Positions 24,306 through 35,658 of a stretch of DNA of 64,000 bases are shown here, one piece after another. A program made the position numbers and the translations under genes. Source of the stretch: Parasitella parasitica NRRL 2501 (lineage: Eukaryota > Fungi > Mucoromycota); assembly GCA_025201805.1 (NCBI GenBank), contig MU619320.1, forward strand, positions 48,018 to 112,017. The letters are read 5' to 3'. Every line of letters starts with the position of its first letter. Positions within the stretch are counted from its first letter, which is position 1. The notes beneath the pieces were generated by a model. That model searched no databases. It was not told where the DNA came from and was given only the letters and a program-made list of their open reading frames with translations.

Positions 24306-24864
24306 TCATTGATGCTTTTTATCATCTTTTTCGGATCGCTTTTGTGATTGTGATATCAAGATGGTGCCCGCTAAAATGAAGCTTGCGCCTATCCACCATC
24401 TCAATGCCAATGGCTCATCGAATACTAAATAACCTAAAATTGCCTATATATATATATATATATACTTACGTGTTAGTTTTTGTCTTGACACAGGATGTTA
24501 AATACACATTTTTACCGATGCACTGAAATTCACAGCACCGTTTACTATGGAAACTTGCACAGACGAGGTTGCGGCATTGAGAGCCTTTGTAAACGTAGTC
24601 CACATGACAGAATTGCAGCCAAATATGAGCAGAAAACAAACGCCTCTTGTTATCAGTAAGGACGTCTATTACGGTATGTTAGCATTCGAGAGTTTGGCTC
24701 CAATGGCTCTGTTGTACTTTTTCAGGAACAAGATTGAATTGCTCCGAGATGTATGAATGAAGCAGAGCAGTTTTTTCATCCGAGAATAACTTTGCAAAGA
24801 CAGATGACAATGCAGCAAAGAATCCCGAGATGACAGCAAAAGGAATGAAGGACGAGGATGCCAT
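24306..24864 (-). CDS. TMEM42-like small membrane protein (DMT/EamA-related)
   Basis: MASSSFIPFAVISGFFAALSSVFAKL, then CNSVMWTTFTKALNAATSSVQVSIVNGAVNFSAS and ILGYLVFDEPLALRWWIGASFILAGTILI. Two introns, one containing (TA)n. Confidence 0.85.
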
Positions 24865-25035
24865 TGGTAAAGAAGCGCACAGTATGTGCACTACGTGAGC
24901 ATTGCAAGATGCCGTTGGCTTCGTGACTGGATAAAGCCGACATTATGAAAAAATTTGGGAGGTTATTCATCCAAGACACGCGTATTTCTTTGCTTGTTGG
25001 TTAAATATCTACCTCTAGCACACAAAAAAGAAATA

Positions 25036-26813
25036 ATGTTTAATTTTGGTTCAGCAGGTAAATCAGCAACTATAGTCGTCAAAGAGCAGCTATTCATTGC
25101 TATACATTTATACAGCTAACACACAGTCCTCTGCTGGCACTTTGTTTGGCGCAACACCTTCCACTTCTGGCACAGCCAGTGCTTTTGGGCATGGCAATCC
25201 TTCCAACACTGCAGCTGGCACATTATTTAGCTCAAACACTACCAATTCCCCAGCAGCTGGCACCTTGTTTGGTGGGTCTACATCTACCGCTCCTGCTTCT
25301 TCAAATACAGGCAAGAATTGCATAGACGGTATCGTTGTCCAACTGCTTATACATTTCTGTAGGATTTGGGAGCCCATTTGGATCTACGCCAGCTTTTGGA
25401 GCTGCCAGTACATCATTAGCGGGAGGATTTGGAGGTACGTCTACAGCAGCGGCACCAGGTGGGTTTGGAGCGACTATATCACAACCTGCAGCAGCAACAT
25501 CTTCCGCATTTGGCTCCTTTGGATCAGCTGCAGCTACTACACAGCCCGCTGCAACGACAGGATTTGGCAATTTGGCATCAACACCAGCTACTAGTACAGC
25601 AGGAGGATTCAGCGGGTTTGGTACAGCGCCAGCTACTAGTACAGCAGGAGGATTCGGTGGATTTGGGACAACACCAGCTACTAGTGCGGCAGGTGGGTTT
25701 GGCGGATTCGGTGCAACTCCTGCTACAAGCACATTCGGTACATCAACTGCAACGTCCACTGGAGGCTTTGGTGCAAGCACTGCTGCTAAACCAGCCTTTG
25801 GTTCATTCGGAAACAATAGCTTATTCGGTGCTAAACCACAACAGTCAGGATTCACTTCACAACAACCTCAAACAGGATTTGGCAATCAACAACAGCAACA
25901 ACTAGGACCTCCCCCTCCAGTGCAAGAAAAAGTTTGGCAAAACCTTGCATTGATCAGAGCGCATTTCGATCCTACTTCACCCCTTTGCCAATTCAGAGTA
26001 AAATCAGACATTGTTTTGCTTAATAGAAGGCGGTTCTAACATATTTCATAGCATTATTTCTACAACATGGTGCCGCCAAATGAAGTGCATTTGTATGTTC
26101 GCCCTCAGAACCAAGACGAGCAACTTTGGAACGAAGCTCAACGTAAAAATCCAGACCCGACAACCATGGTTCCTGTCTTGGCAGTTGGTTTTGATGACAT
26201 TTTGAAGCGCATGGAAATTCAGTCAAAACAGCTGGAATTGCACCGAGCAAAATTAAGAGAAACTGCAGAGAGGTTGGCATCTGTAAAACTTCAATACGAA
26301 TCGCAGACATTGGTTAAATTAGAAGAACATAAGCGTCGCCTTACAGACTTTGGCCAACGGTTATTGCGAGTAAGTTTGTTTTGTTGGAATACATGAAAAA
26401 AAATATACTCACATTTTTTCACATAGCTTCTAAGATACAGTCAAGTATTGCGTTACAAAAATCTTCCACTTTCCGCAGATGAAGAGAAAACAATGGAAAC
26501 TTTGAACCGATTAAGCAAATTACAAGATAGACCTGAAATAATGAATCAGAAGCTAATGGTTGTAAGGAATAAGCTTCAAGCAATCAAAGCCCGTAAAATG
26601 GCGGATGAACATGGAGGAGAAAGTTCTGAAGTTTGGCGTGCGGTTAATGATGACGATTTAGATATCATTGCCAAGGTTTTAGAAGACGAGCAAAAGGGAA
26701 TTAAACATGTTACAAATATCCTGGAATCTGATACAAAAGAATTAGACTTGATTGAATCTACACTGAAGGATCATCGCAAATCAAACGACACCAATATGTC
26801 AAGTCGCCAGTAA
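25036..26813 (+). CDS. NUP57: FG nucleoporin Nup57/Nup54
   Basis: FG-rich N-terminus, then FDPTSPLCQFRHYFYN.VPP..RPQNQDEQLWNEA..NPDP..MVPVLAVGFDDILKR and a coiled-coil C-terminus. Confidence 0.9.
25581..25735 (+). repeat. 42-bp coding tandem repeat (TPATSTAGGFGGFG) x~3.5 within Nup57
   Basis: The unit ccagctactagtacagcaggaggattc recurs with a 42-bp period. Confidence 0.8.
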
Positions 26814-27537
26814 TAAAATATCATATCTGTATAAAACGTCCAAGCTATATTATATACATGCTATACCTTTCATAAAATCACAATGCTGCTATATACTTGT
26901 GTAACTGATTCTCGCTATCTCTATAACTAAAACAATCGACCATGTCGTTTCACACGAAAGCATTGGCATAAACACATGGGGTCTGCAAAAATCAAAATAC
27001 TGGTAGGATATTCTTCATTGTTGTCACATTTAAACAGCAGGGGATTGCTGTTGTAAAGAACCAGCCAAATCGTACATGTCAGTGAATAAGGAACCATCTT
27101 TACTACAAGTAATAATTATTCGGGTTTCTATAAGCATAAAATTGTTGTTGTGGAATGATAATTCGCATTGTATTACAATCTTACTCATTAATTTACGTTA
27201 TTTGACAGTGTAACTTGCCATATAGCACGAGCTTTATTCGCTTTGGGTGATATTGTGCTTTTTTATCTGGGCGATCGTAAAAATAGAAATTGATCGTGTA
27301 ATTATAAAAGTTGTGGATTTATTTTTTAAGGAGAGTGTTTTCTTAGTACATTTAAAATCATCGACATAAAGAAATAATGTGTAGAGAGAAAGCCAGAGAG
27401 TACAAGAGAGAGGGAGATTTTCGCAGTTGTATGTTACACAGTGCATTTTATCCGCAAGTATATAAGAGACTTTTTCTCCCTGTAGTCTTCTTTCTTTTCT
27501 TTTTGCTCCTTTAAACAATCCTCTCAATTGATTCATA

Positions 27538-29505
27538 ATGAAATCTCTGTCAATTATCTCTAGTATTGCGCTTTTAATCGGTGCTGTTGTTGCTCAAGAA
27601 GGTGCCACTGTACCTGTCACTACGTCAACCACATCGACCTACTCTTGTGATCCCAACACTTGTAAGATTGCCAACAATTGTTTGTGTGCATCGCAATCCC
27701 CTCCTGGGGGTCTTTCTCCTTCTGATACACCTCAGGTAATGTATTTGCCTCGTCCCACGCTTGGAAACACTTGCTCATCTTTTGGAACAATAGTTTGTTA
27801 CAGTAACTTTTGACGATTCTGTTCAAGAAACCTTAGCCAAAACTGCCTTCTCCATGGTTAATGTTACGTAAGTTTATTTTTATCCATTTTATTTTTATGC
27901 TATTTATAATTTTAACGTTGTCTAACAGTAATCCTAATGGTTGTCCTGGTCACGGTACCTGGTAAGTTTTATTTGCTATTTTTGGGTCTATTACCAAAAT
28001 TAACTCAAAACAAAATAAACGCATACTAGGTTTGTCTCGATGGAATACACTGACTTTTCATTGGTTCAACAATGGTATGCTGCTGGAAACGAGGTTGCAG
28101 AGTAAGTTGGCTCTTTTTTAGCATGTAACATTGAAAATTGACATTTTTGCATAGCCATACGTTCTCTCACGTTGGCACACCCTCTGCGCAAGAAATCAGC
28201 AGCACTAAATCCATGTTAAATGCCTATGCTGGTATCCCTAATCAAAAGCTTCAAGGTTTCCGTGCTCCGTTCTTGAACTACACCAAAGACACTTTAAATA
28301 TCCTTAGTCAACAAGGTTTCTTGTACGATTCCAGTTCAAGCGCAGTAACCGACGATGCCTACTGGCCTTATACCCTCGACAATGGCATGGCAAACGATTG
28401 CTGGACAGGTATTTGCGCTGCTGGCCAAGTCAAATTGCCTGGTCTTTGGGAAATTCCCATGTATTCTGTGTTGGATAACGCTAGCATCCCTCAATTAATG
28501 GATGTTTACCTTGCAGGCACTCCTGCTGATGTTAAAACATGTGGGTTTTTTTTTGGTATTTTGATTTCACAAAGACTAATCTAGCCATCAAAAAAAGGGA
28601 GCCAAGCTGCATTCGATAAACATTATAATGGCAATCGTCAGCCATTTGGTATCTACGTTCATCCAAGTGAGTAAAAATAGCTGAAAATCCAATTTGTTCG
28701 TGATTTTAATCTTATTTTTTCTTGAATAATCAGCTCATTTAACCACATATCCTGGCCTTCCTGATCCCAAGGATATGTATAATGGTGTTATTGAGTTTAT
28801 TCAATCCATCTCGCAACAACCTAACGTCTGGTTTGTCACCAATCAGCAACTCTTACAATATATGAAGAATCCCGTCAAGGCTTCTGAACTTGGTGCCCAA
28901 GATTACATGCAATGTAAGCAGCCAGTCATTGCAAAGGAAATTTGTAATGGTCTCGACGACGATCATAATGGCTCAATCGACGATGGCTTGATTAACAGGT
29001 ATATATTAATTTCAACCTATCTACAAGTAGAACTAGCAACTAAATATTTTCCTGTTGTTTCGGAACAGCTGTAACTTTGGTACCACCAATATGAAAACGT
29101 GTTTCAATTGTCCTAGTGTTTCTCCCACATTGGACAATCCTACCCCAGCCTCATCAGCCCAGAATAACACTGCTGGTTATCGTTATCCTATTCCTGACAA
29201 CTGCGAGTAAGCGACACATGATAAACCAAAATTAGATATGACAGAGTACTTACTTTATCATTAGTACTACCTGGTGGGACCCTATTGCAAATACTTGCCT
29301 CTGCACCACTGCCGATTGCCAATTGAAGAGCATTGCTGTTTCAAAGCCAAACTCTACTACCAATGGTGGATCAAGCAAGTCTTCCAATAACGGTGGAAAC
29401 TCTTCTAACGCCAACAGCGGTGCGGCTGCTTTGACCTCAGTTAGCCAAATCACTACTTCTGCTTTAGTTGCTGGTTTAATTTTTGGTGCTGCTCAATTAC
29501 TTTAA
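27538..29505 (+). CDS. CE4 polysaccharide/chitin deacetylase, secreted, probably GPI-anchored
   Basis: Signal peptide, CDPNTCKIANNCLCAS..PPGGL, FVTVTFDDS, GNEVA.HTFSH, GFRAPFL, YDSS, YWPYTLDNG, PGLWEIPM and HYNGNRQPFGIY, ending in a Ser/Asn/Gly linker plus hydrophobic tail. Confidence 0.9.
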
Positions 29506-30419
29506 CCATCCCTAATCTCTTAATTAGATACTTTTTCTTTTCATTGTTCTTTTACTTCAACCTATTCGATAATACCATAAAAATAAAATAAATTACTAGT
29601 ATATAACATAGAAGGTAGAACGCTCGAAGCATGTGAAAAAAGGGCGTTTTGGCGTCATAACTGTAAAATTATAGCTGTAGAATGATATAATGCTTAGGCC
29701 CTGTTTTAATCTAATATTTGTTATCCAATATATTCAGATCTAATTCTGATTTCTTGGATAGTCTCTAAATATCCTGGAAACTATGTGCCTTACAAAATCA
29801 TAGATTAAAATACTTTGTATCTAGCTATGGTATTTACAAGTTCAATTAGACAAGCCAAGTACATATTGCCTATTTGAAAAAAAAAAAAAAAAAGAAAAAA
29901 AGAATAAGCCATATACAGCAACTAAAAGAAAATAGTTGTCAATTTGTGATGGAGCATACCATCATCATCTAGTAGGTGTGTAAAACAAAGTACTATCACA
30001 CAGTATCTAAAAATGACTAGGCACTATTCTCCTAAACCAGGGAAAATTAGTGCTCCTTTAGCAAAAAGTTATCAAGTGACGAATTACTTTACGTTCACAA
30101 ACTTAACTGACTTTCAGGCCGATGTTTCCATCTGCATCACTAAAAAGCTGTTTAGCAGATAATATAAGATTTAATAGCAAGGCAATATCCTAATCCCAAA
30201 CTGATAAGAAGGTTATGTTATTTTATTCTTTAAGGCTTACGATTTTGCGGTTCTCTTAGAAGAGGTTGTAAAAGGTATCATTGTATGCCGTTCATGGAGA
30301 AGACAGGGTCACGCGACGGTAGAAAGACTCGTTGCAAAAGTATTAAAGATATTATGGACAAAATTATCATTCTGCTAGTCCCAAATCTTGAAAAAAGCTA
30401 TACTGATTGATGATTGTTT

Positions 30420-32300
30420 GATCAAAAAAGATAATAAAAAACCAAATGCTAACGAGATACAAAAGCTTAAGATACTTTATTTAAGATCGAAATTGCATCT
30501 GCTATTTATACTTTTTACAACTACATAAATTTATGATGACTTATTTAGATTACTAATTGACAAGACTGATTCACAGTGACAATCTACTTGACTAGGTACG
30601 ATATGAGGTTATACAGCAAGGGCTACACGTCTTTGATCTGACAGTGCCTTAACCTTCATCCTGATGCTCAGATCTGTGTTACTTACAGGAATAACTTTCT
30701 TGATTTGAAACATTGCCTTTATTCTCCAATTTACACAAGCGTATCATATCACATCATTGGACAATCTTCAATCTTCAATTGAAGTACATTGCCATGATCT
30801 CCTGTCTATAATTATTGCAGATCATTTCTGCTGTAATAAGACAGGCTTTGATTTGCTCTTTATCGAAGCCTACTGTGAAATATATTCACTATGATGATCT
30901 GCATTCCACTTCTAGATTCATCCAGTTACCTTAAATTGATATAAACTACATATGCGCACAGATAATAAGATGTGCAATACAGATTTATACTATATAAGAT
31001 ATAAGCTAGAGACGGCACCATTAGGATGGATGACGCTATAGACTGATACTTATATCTCGACAGGAGCCTTAGACATTTACTAGATTTAGTATATGCTACG
31101 AGCTTATGCTATATAAGATCTATGCTTCAGATGCGTATTCCCAGTTTCTAGATACGCACTACAAGACATATACTTATATCCATGATACTAGCTACAGATA
31201 CATCATGTACTACAGACTTGTACAATATGTGCAGTGCTATAGATATGCTTATGACATGCTATAGACATGCTACATATACCGATATATGCTAAGATGAATA
31301 CCAAGTGATATACACTCAGACATGTACTATTAATATAAACTGGATAAGACTATACAAGGAATGATATATGCTTATGGATCGATATTAATAATCTTTGCAT
31401 AGAAGATTGATCAGGGTACTACCTCGGGTAAAGTCTATCTCCTCACTCAAATAGATTTAAGTTATCTTGAGTCTGCTGCTATGTAGGTTAGCACAAAGTT
31501 AAGATGCTAGTTACGCAGTATTGTCGTTCATGTTAAATTGCGAGAGTAGAACATTTATCCACAGTTTAAGTATATAAAGGCTCATCTACCTGGCCAGTCG
31601 ATGAACTGGAGCCTTATACACCTGTCGATTTGATAATAAAAACCTACACCTTTATCAAGTTGACATTATTGTTTTTTTATTATATTTTTTTCCGTGAATC
31701 CATATAACAATTATACCGATTCCACAATATACACATGCATTACACTATGGTTCTACTGTCTAGCTCCATAATGTAAATCATGACTACCCATGATTTACTG
31801 TAAGACCCTGGGACTGATCTGAGATCCTGATGTGAGACCTTGCCATGTTATTGATATAACATTGTTTACAGAAATGTGGAATTAGGTAAATTGATGATCT
31901 GCCATAATTATAGACAAGACGTCTTGGTAATGTACATCAATTGAAGATTGAAGATCGCCTAATGATGTGATATGATACGCTTGTGTAAATTGGAGAATAA
32001 AGGCAATGTTTCAAATCAAGAAAGTTATTCCTGTAAGTAACACAGATCTGAGCATCAGGATGAAGGTTTAGGCACTGTCAGATCAAAGACGTGTAGCCCT
32101 TGCTGTATAACCTCATATCGTACCTAGTCAAGTAGATTGTCACTGTGAATCAGTCTTGTCAATTAGTAATCTAAATAAGTCATCATAAATTTATGTAGTT
32201 GTAAAAAGTATAAATAGCAGATGCAATTTCGATCTTAAATAAAGTATCTTTAAGTTTTCGTATCTCGTTAGCTTTGGTTTTTTATTATCTTTTTTTGATC
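30420..32300. mobile_element. Non-coding foldback-type element with ~405-bp inverted arms
   Basis: 30420-30824 is the reverse complement of 31895-32300 and is near-identical over the central ~290 bp. The 1.07-kb spacer has no ORF of 60 aa or more. No target-site duplication was found. Confidence 0.8.
30940..31390. repeat. Degenerate minisatellite (GA(C/T)ATGCTA(T/C)A-like units) inside the foldback element
   Basis: Recurring units such as gacgctatagac, atatgctacg, gtgctatagatatgcttatgacatgctatagacatgctaca and atatgctaagatg. Confidence 0.6.
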
Positions 32301-33250
32301 CAACAAGAAAAGAAGAAAGACTCTCTTCCCGTAAAGCCATCTAGCCTGAAAAAAGAGATTGACTACGGGTGCCAAGTGTGGGCGGTTGACCCTGGAATTA
32401 GCACGGTTTTTACTATAGTTATACTTAGTCAAAAAGAGTATTATCACTTGTGTGGGTTTAATGATGTAGCTCACATTCGAAAGCTTTATCAAGCGAAGTA
32501 CACAGACACTCATAGAATAATAACAGAACTGGATTCATTAAAAACCAGAGAAGTTTCATAATTCTTGATTGCTTGCAGAAAGCGTGTACAATCCTAAGAT
32601 ACAACATATGAATTTTATAACAGAGGTCTTTGGTAAGTGTAGCAAACTCTTGTACATATTTTAAAAATGTGTTAGCCGAATGGAATAGGTCTTCAAAATT
32701 AAAGTTTAGATGTTATAGAAAGAAGCAAAAAGCCTTCAGCGAAATAGTCAAGATGTTTACTCATGATAGCATCAAATATCGTACGGGTGTGTCTACCAAT
32801 GTGAAGACAACAACGAGAAACAACAATTCTTACTCTCGCCCTCCACCACTTGACGGATCAGTGAAGGCAAATAAAACCATCATTGCCTTTAGAGATGGAA
32901 GGTTTTCGCCTACCATGAGAGGCAAAAGATCTGGACCTACAAAGACTATCATAAAAGCTCTTCAAAAATGTAAAGAAAATCGTGGTGTTACAGTCCAAAT
33001 GGTAGACGAATACCTCACCAGTCAAGTCTGCAACAACTGCAAAAAAAGAAATGTTGAAAACGTTGTGCAACGATCAGCAAAGCGACGAGTACATTCTGTA
33101 TTACAGTGTCAAGAAACCGCTTGTAGCTTGTAATATTACTGGAATCGCGATATAATGGCTGCAAAAAACATCCTCAGCATATTTTTACATGCAGCAAGAA
33201 ACAATGACGCTCGTCTTTCACCATTCCAGCGTTCTGAATCAAAAGAATAA
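32301..33250 (+). pseudogene. Fanzor (eukaryotic TnpB-like RNA-guided nuclease), C-terminal RuvC region, inactivated
   Basis: RuvC-I VWAVDPGISTVFT, SQKEYYHLCGFN, IIAFRDGRFSPTMRGKRSGP, VDEYLTSQVCNNC (Glu next to the zinc ribbon), HSVLQCQETAC and RuvC-III WNRDIMAAKNI. Frame-restoring GT-AG intron at 32633-32688. In-frame stops at 32559, 32595 and 33131. Confidence 0.85.
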
Positions 33251-33847
33251 TTGCAAGCATTGTGTGTCATTGATATTACTCTTTGATACGCCATGGGTAT
33301 TGGGTTTATCCTATACACTGTTACAGGTGAGTAAAGTTGCCCAAAAAAAAAGTAAGTATCATCCTCTCGCCAATTTTCTATTGGAAATTTTGTACAACTA
33401 GCATCTCCAACAGAGATGCTCTAATCGATTTGCTGCCAAAACATCCGAAATGGTTGAGCAGTTGACCTAAAAAAGAAAACGAAAAAGCTTTAAACTTGTA
33501 AAAATACATTTTTTTTATAATTTAAAAAATTGATAGCTCAGTTATTAGTTATTGCAAGTAAAAGGATGTAAGAGACTATACAATGATTTCTATAAATTGA
33601 GGGTCTTCTAAAAATGAAAATGCGTTCGAAAAAGTTAGGGGTTATTAAAAAAAAAAAGGGAATGATTATTGATACATTTAAAAAGAAGATGTTGTTAATT
33701 AAAGGATAAATTCTATATGATGAACAACGAAAAAGTTAAGAAGCAAACCTTTAAACATTGTTAAATCTAGATAATATAACCAAATATTGATTCGTTGCTT
33801 TACCAAAAGTGAGTCGAGTAGCACCAGGTTACTCTAGTATATTAAAT

Positions 33848-34819
33848 TTAAAGAGATTTGGGCTTCAAACCAAGAGTCTCACCCTCGATTTCCTCGGCAT
33901 CGTGAGCTTGGCGAGCCATGACCTTCTGATCGTCACGAAGAGATTTGTCGTATTGTTCGTCCGTAGGTTGGCGATGAGAGTTGCCAAGTCTATCCCAAAA
34001 AGTAAAGTACTGGCCATAGTTGTAGTTGAAGTAAACATGATGGACGAAATGATGAGCGCTGGTGTTGATAATGGAGGAATGGGAGATAAATTCACCTATT
34101 TAAAAGAGTTAGCATCCATGTGCAGAGAGTAAAAATTACCCCTTACCATCGTGGATCATCACAGTCCAAAAATTAACAAAGGTGAACATGAACAAATATA
34201 AGTACTTGTTCATAGGGATCATGTAAACATACAAGTGATAAGGAAGCGATTGAAGGAAACCATCAAAAGGATTAAAAGCATGAGAAGCAAAAGGAGTAGG
34301 AATAATCCACTTATGATGAAGCTTGTGGAGATACTTGTAGATCAAAGGATGATGCATCCAACGATGGAACCAATAGATACCACAGTCAGTGAAGAACAAG
34401 AAGGAAGGTACAGAAAGAATCAAGTAGAGCCATTCATAAGTATTTTTTGGTATACCACCGTACAACATGGAATTACCCAAAATTTCGCCAGTAAAGAAAG
34501 GAAGCGTGAGTATTGTCATCCAAGGAATAGCGCCCACGGCACATTCAATTTCCATACGAACTTGATTTTTCAAGAATTTAGGGTGCTTCATGTAATTGTG
34601 ATCGAAAACGAAATAATAAGATAAAGTAGCTGTACCCAGATAGAGAATCCAACCAAAGACACAGGTTATGAAAAAAATAGAAAGGTTGATGCGCCAGAAA
34701 TCATCGCGGGGCCATGACGAGACAATTGCTCCAGCAACTTGTTTGGTATAGGAAGGCCAAACCTTTGCATACAGTTTATCAAAAACAAATTGATCAGCAT
34801 AATGCAAGACGGTATCCAT
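33848..34819 (-). CDS. ERG3: C-5 sterol desaturase
   Basis: HPKFLKNQV, FFTDCGIYWFHRWMH, LHKLHHKW..PTPFASHAF.PFDG, FVNFWTVMIHDG (intron) and AHHFVHHVYFNYNYGQYFTFWDRLG. All His boxes are present. Confidence 0.95.
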
Positions 34820-35043
34820 CTTCTGTTGTGTTGTGCTAATGAAGAAGAAAAAAAAAAGAGATTTACGAAAAAAGAAACTGATATCTATTTGTACTCTATT
34901 CTTTTGAATTGCAGCAAAAAAAGATGGGTTCTCAATTCGGGAAATTCTGTATGTCATTCCGCACTGTTTTCTTTCTTTCGCTCTGGGCAGCTTAAATGAA
35001 TTATGTACATGCATTTGATTTGTTCCTTTCCTAAGCGTCCGCT

Positions 35044-35053
35044 ATCGCACCAT
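35044..35053. promoter_or_regulatory. Possible sterol regulatory element (ATCGCACCAT) upstream of ERG3
   Basis: Matches the SREBP-type pattern ATCRNNCCAY about 225 bp upstream of the ERG3 ATG. The motif is short and could occur by chance. Confidence 0.3.
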
Positions 35054-35658
35054 TATAAATATCGTGCTGTTGAAAGATTTTTTAGCCATCTTTTCTTTTG
35101 CCATTTTGCCATTGTTGGTTATATTGTATCATGGATATCAGAAACATGAACAATAAAAAGCGATTGTTTCTGTTTATTGTCTGTTGCTTGTTCCATCCCA
35201 TAAGAACGGGTCTATCTGCACTTGCCGTTATCTGATCGTTGCTATGGCAACATTATTAAAAAGGTAGTGATTTATTATCAAGAAATACACATGCAACACA
35301 TATTTTATGTGGGTCGATAATCTATAAAAAGTTTTTTTTTTTTGTTGAACCTTTCTTGTGAGCTCAGATCTCTCTAGATTGTGTCTTAATCTTGATCTCT
35401 GTCATCAGACTATTGCATGTATTTTTGTCAGTTTAATGCTTGTTGAAATCATAGTTTCTGTGATACATTTATTTGATAGATGCCTATCAATACTTTTAAT
35501 GAGTATAATTTTTGTCTTGAATATGTAATCAGTTTAAAGCTTAAAATAAACTGTACTGACATTTGATGTGACTAGAATCGTACGTTTAACTTATGCGTCA
35601 AAATGCATTGATATTCTTTTTTTTTTTTCATTCCTACCGATCAAACAGAAATTACAAA

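Noticed and set aside
20868-26813. Nuclear-pore gene cluster (RAE1 and NUP57)
   Set aside because: Two genes separated by unrelated genes, with no shared regulatory signal seen. Probably chance.
30940-31390. CRISPR-like or guide array beside the Fanzor
   Set aside because: Units are short, degenerate and irregular, with no constant repeat plus unique spacer structure. It is a minisatellite.
2701-34819. Sterol gene cluster (SCAP and ERG3)
   Set aside because: They are 27 kb apart with many unrelated genes between them.
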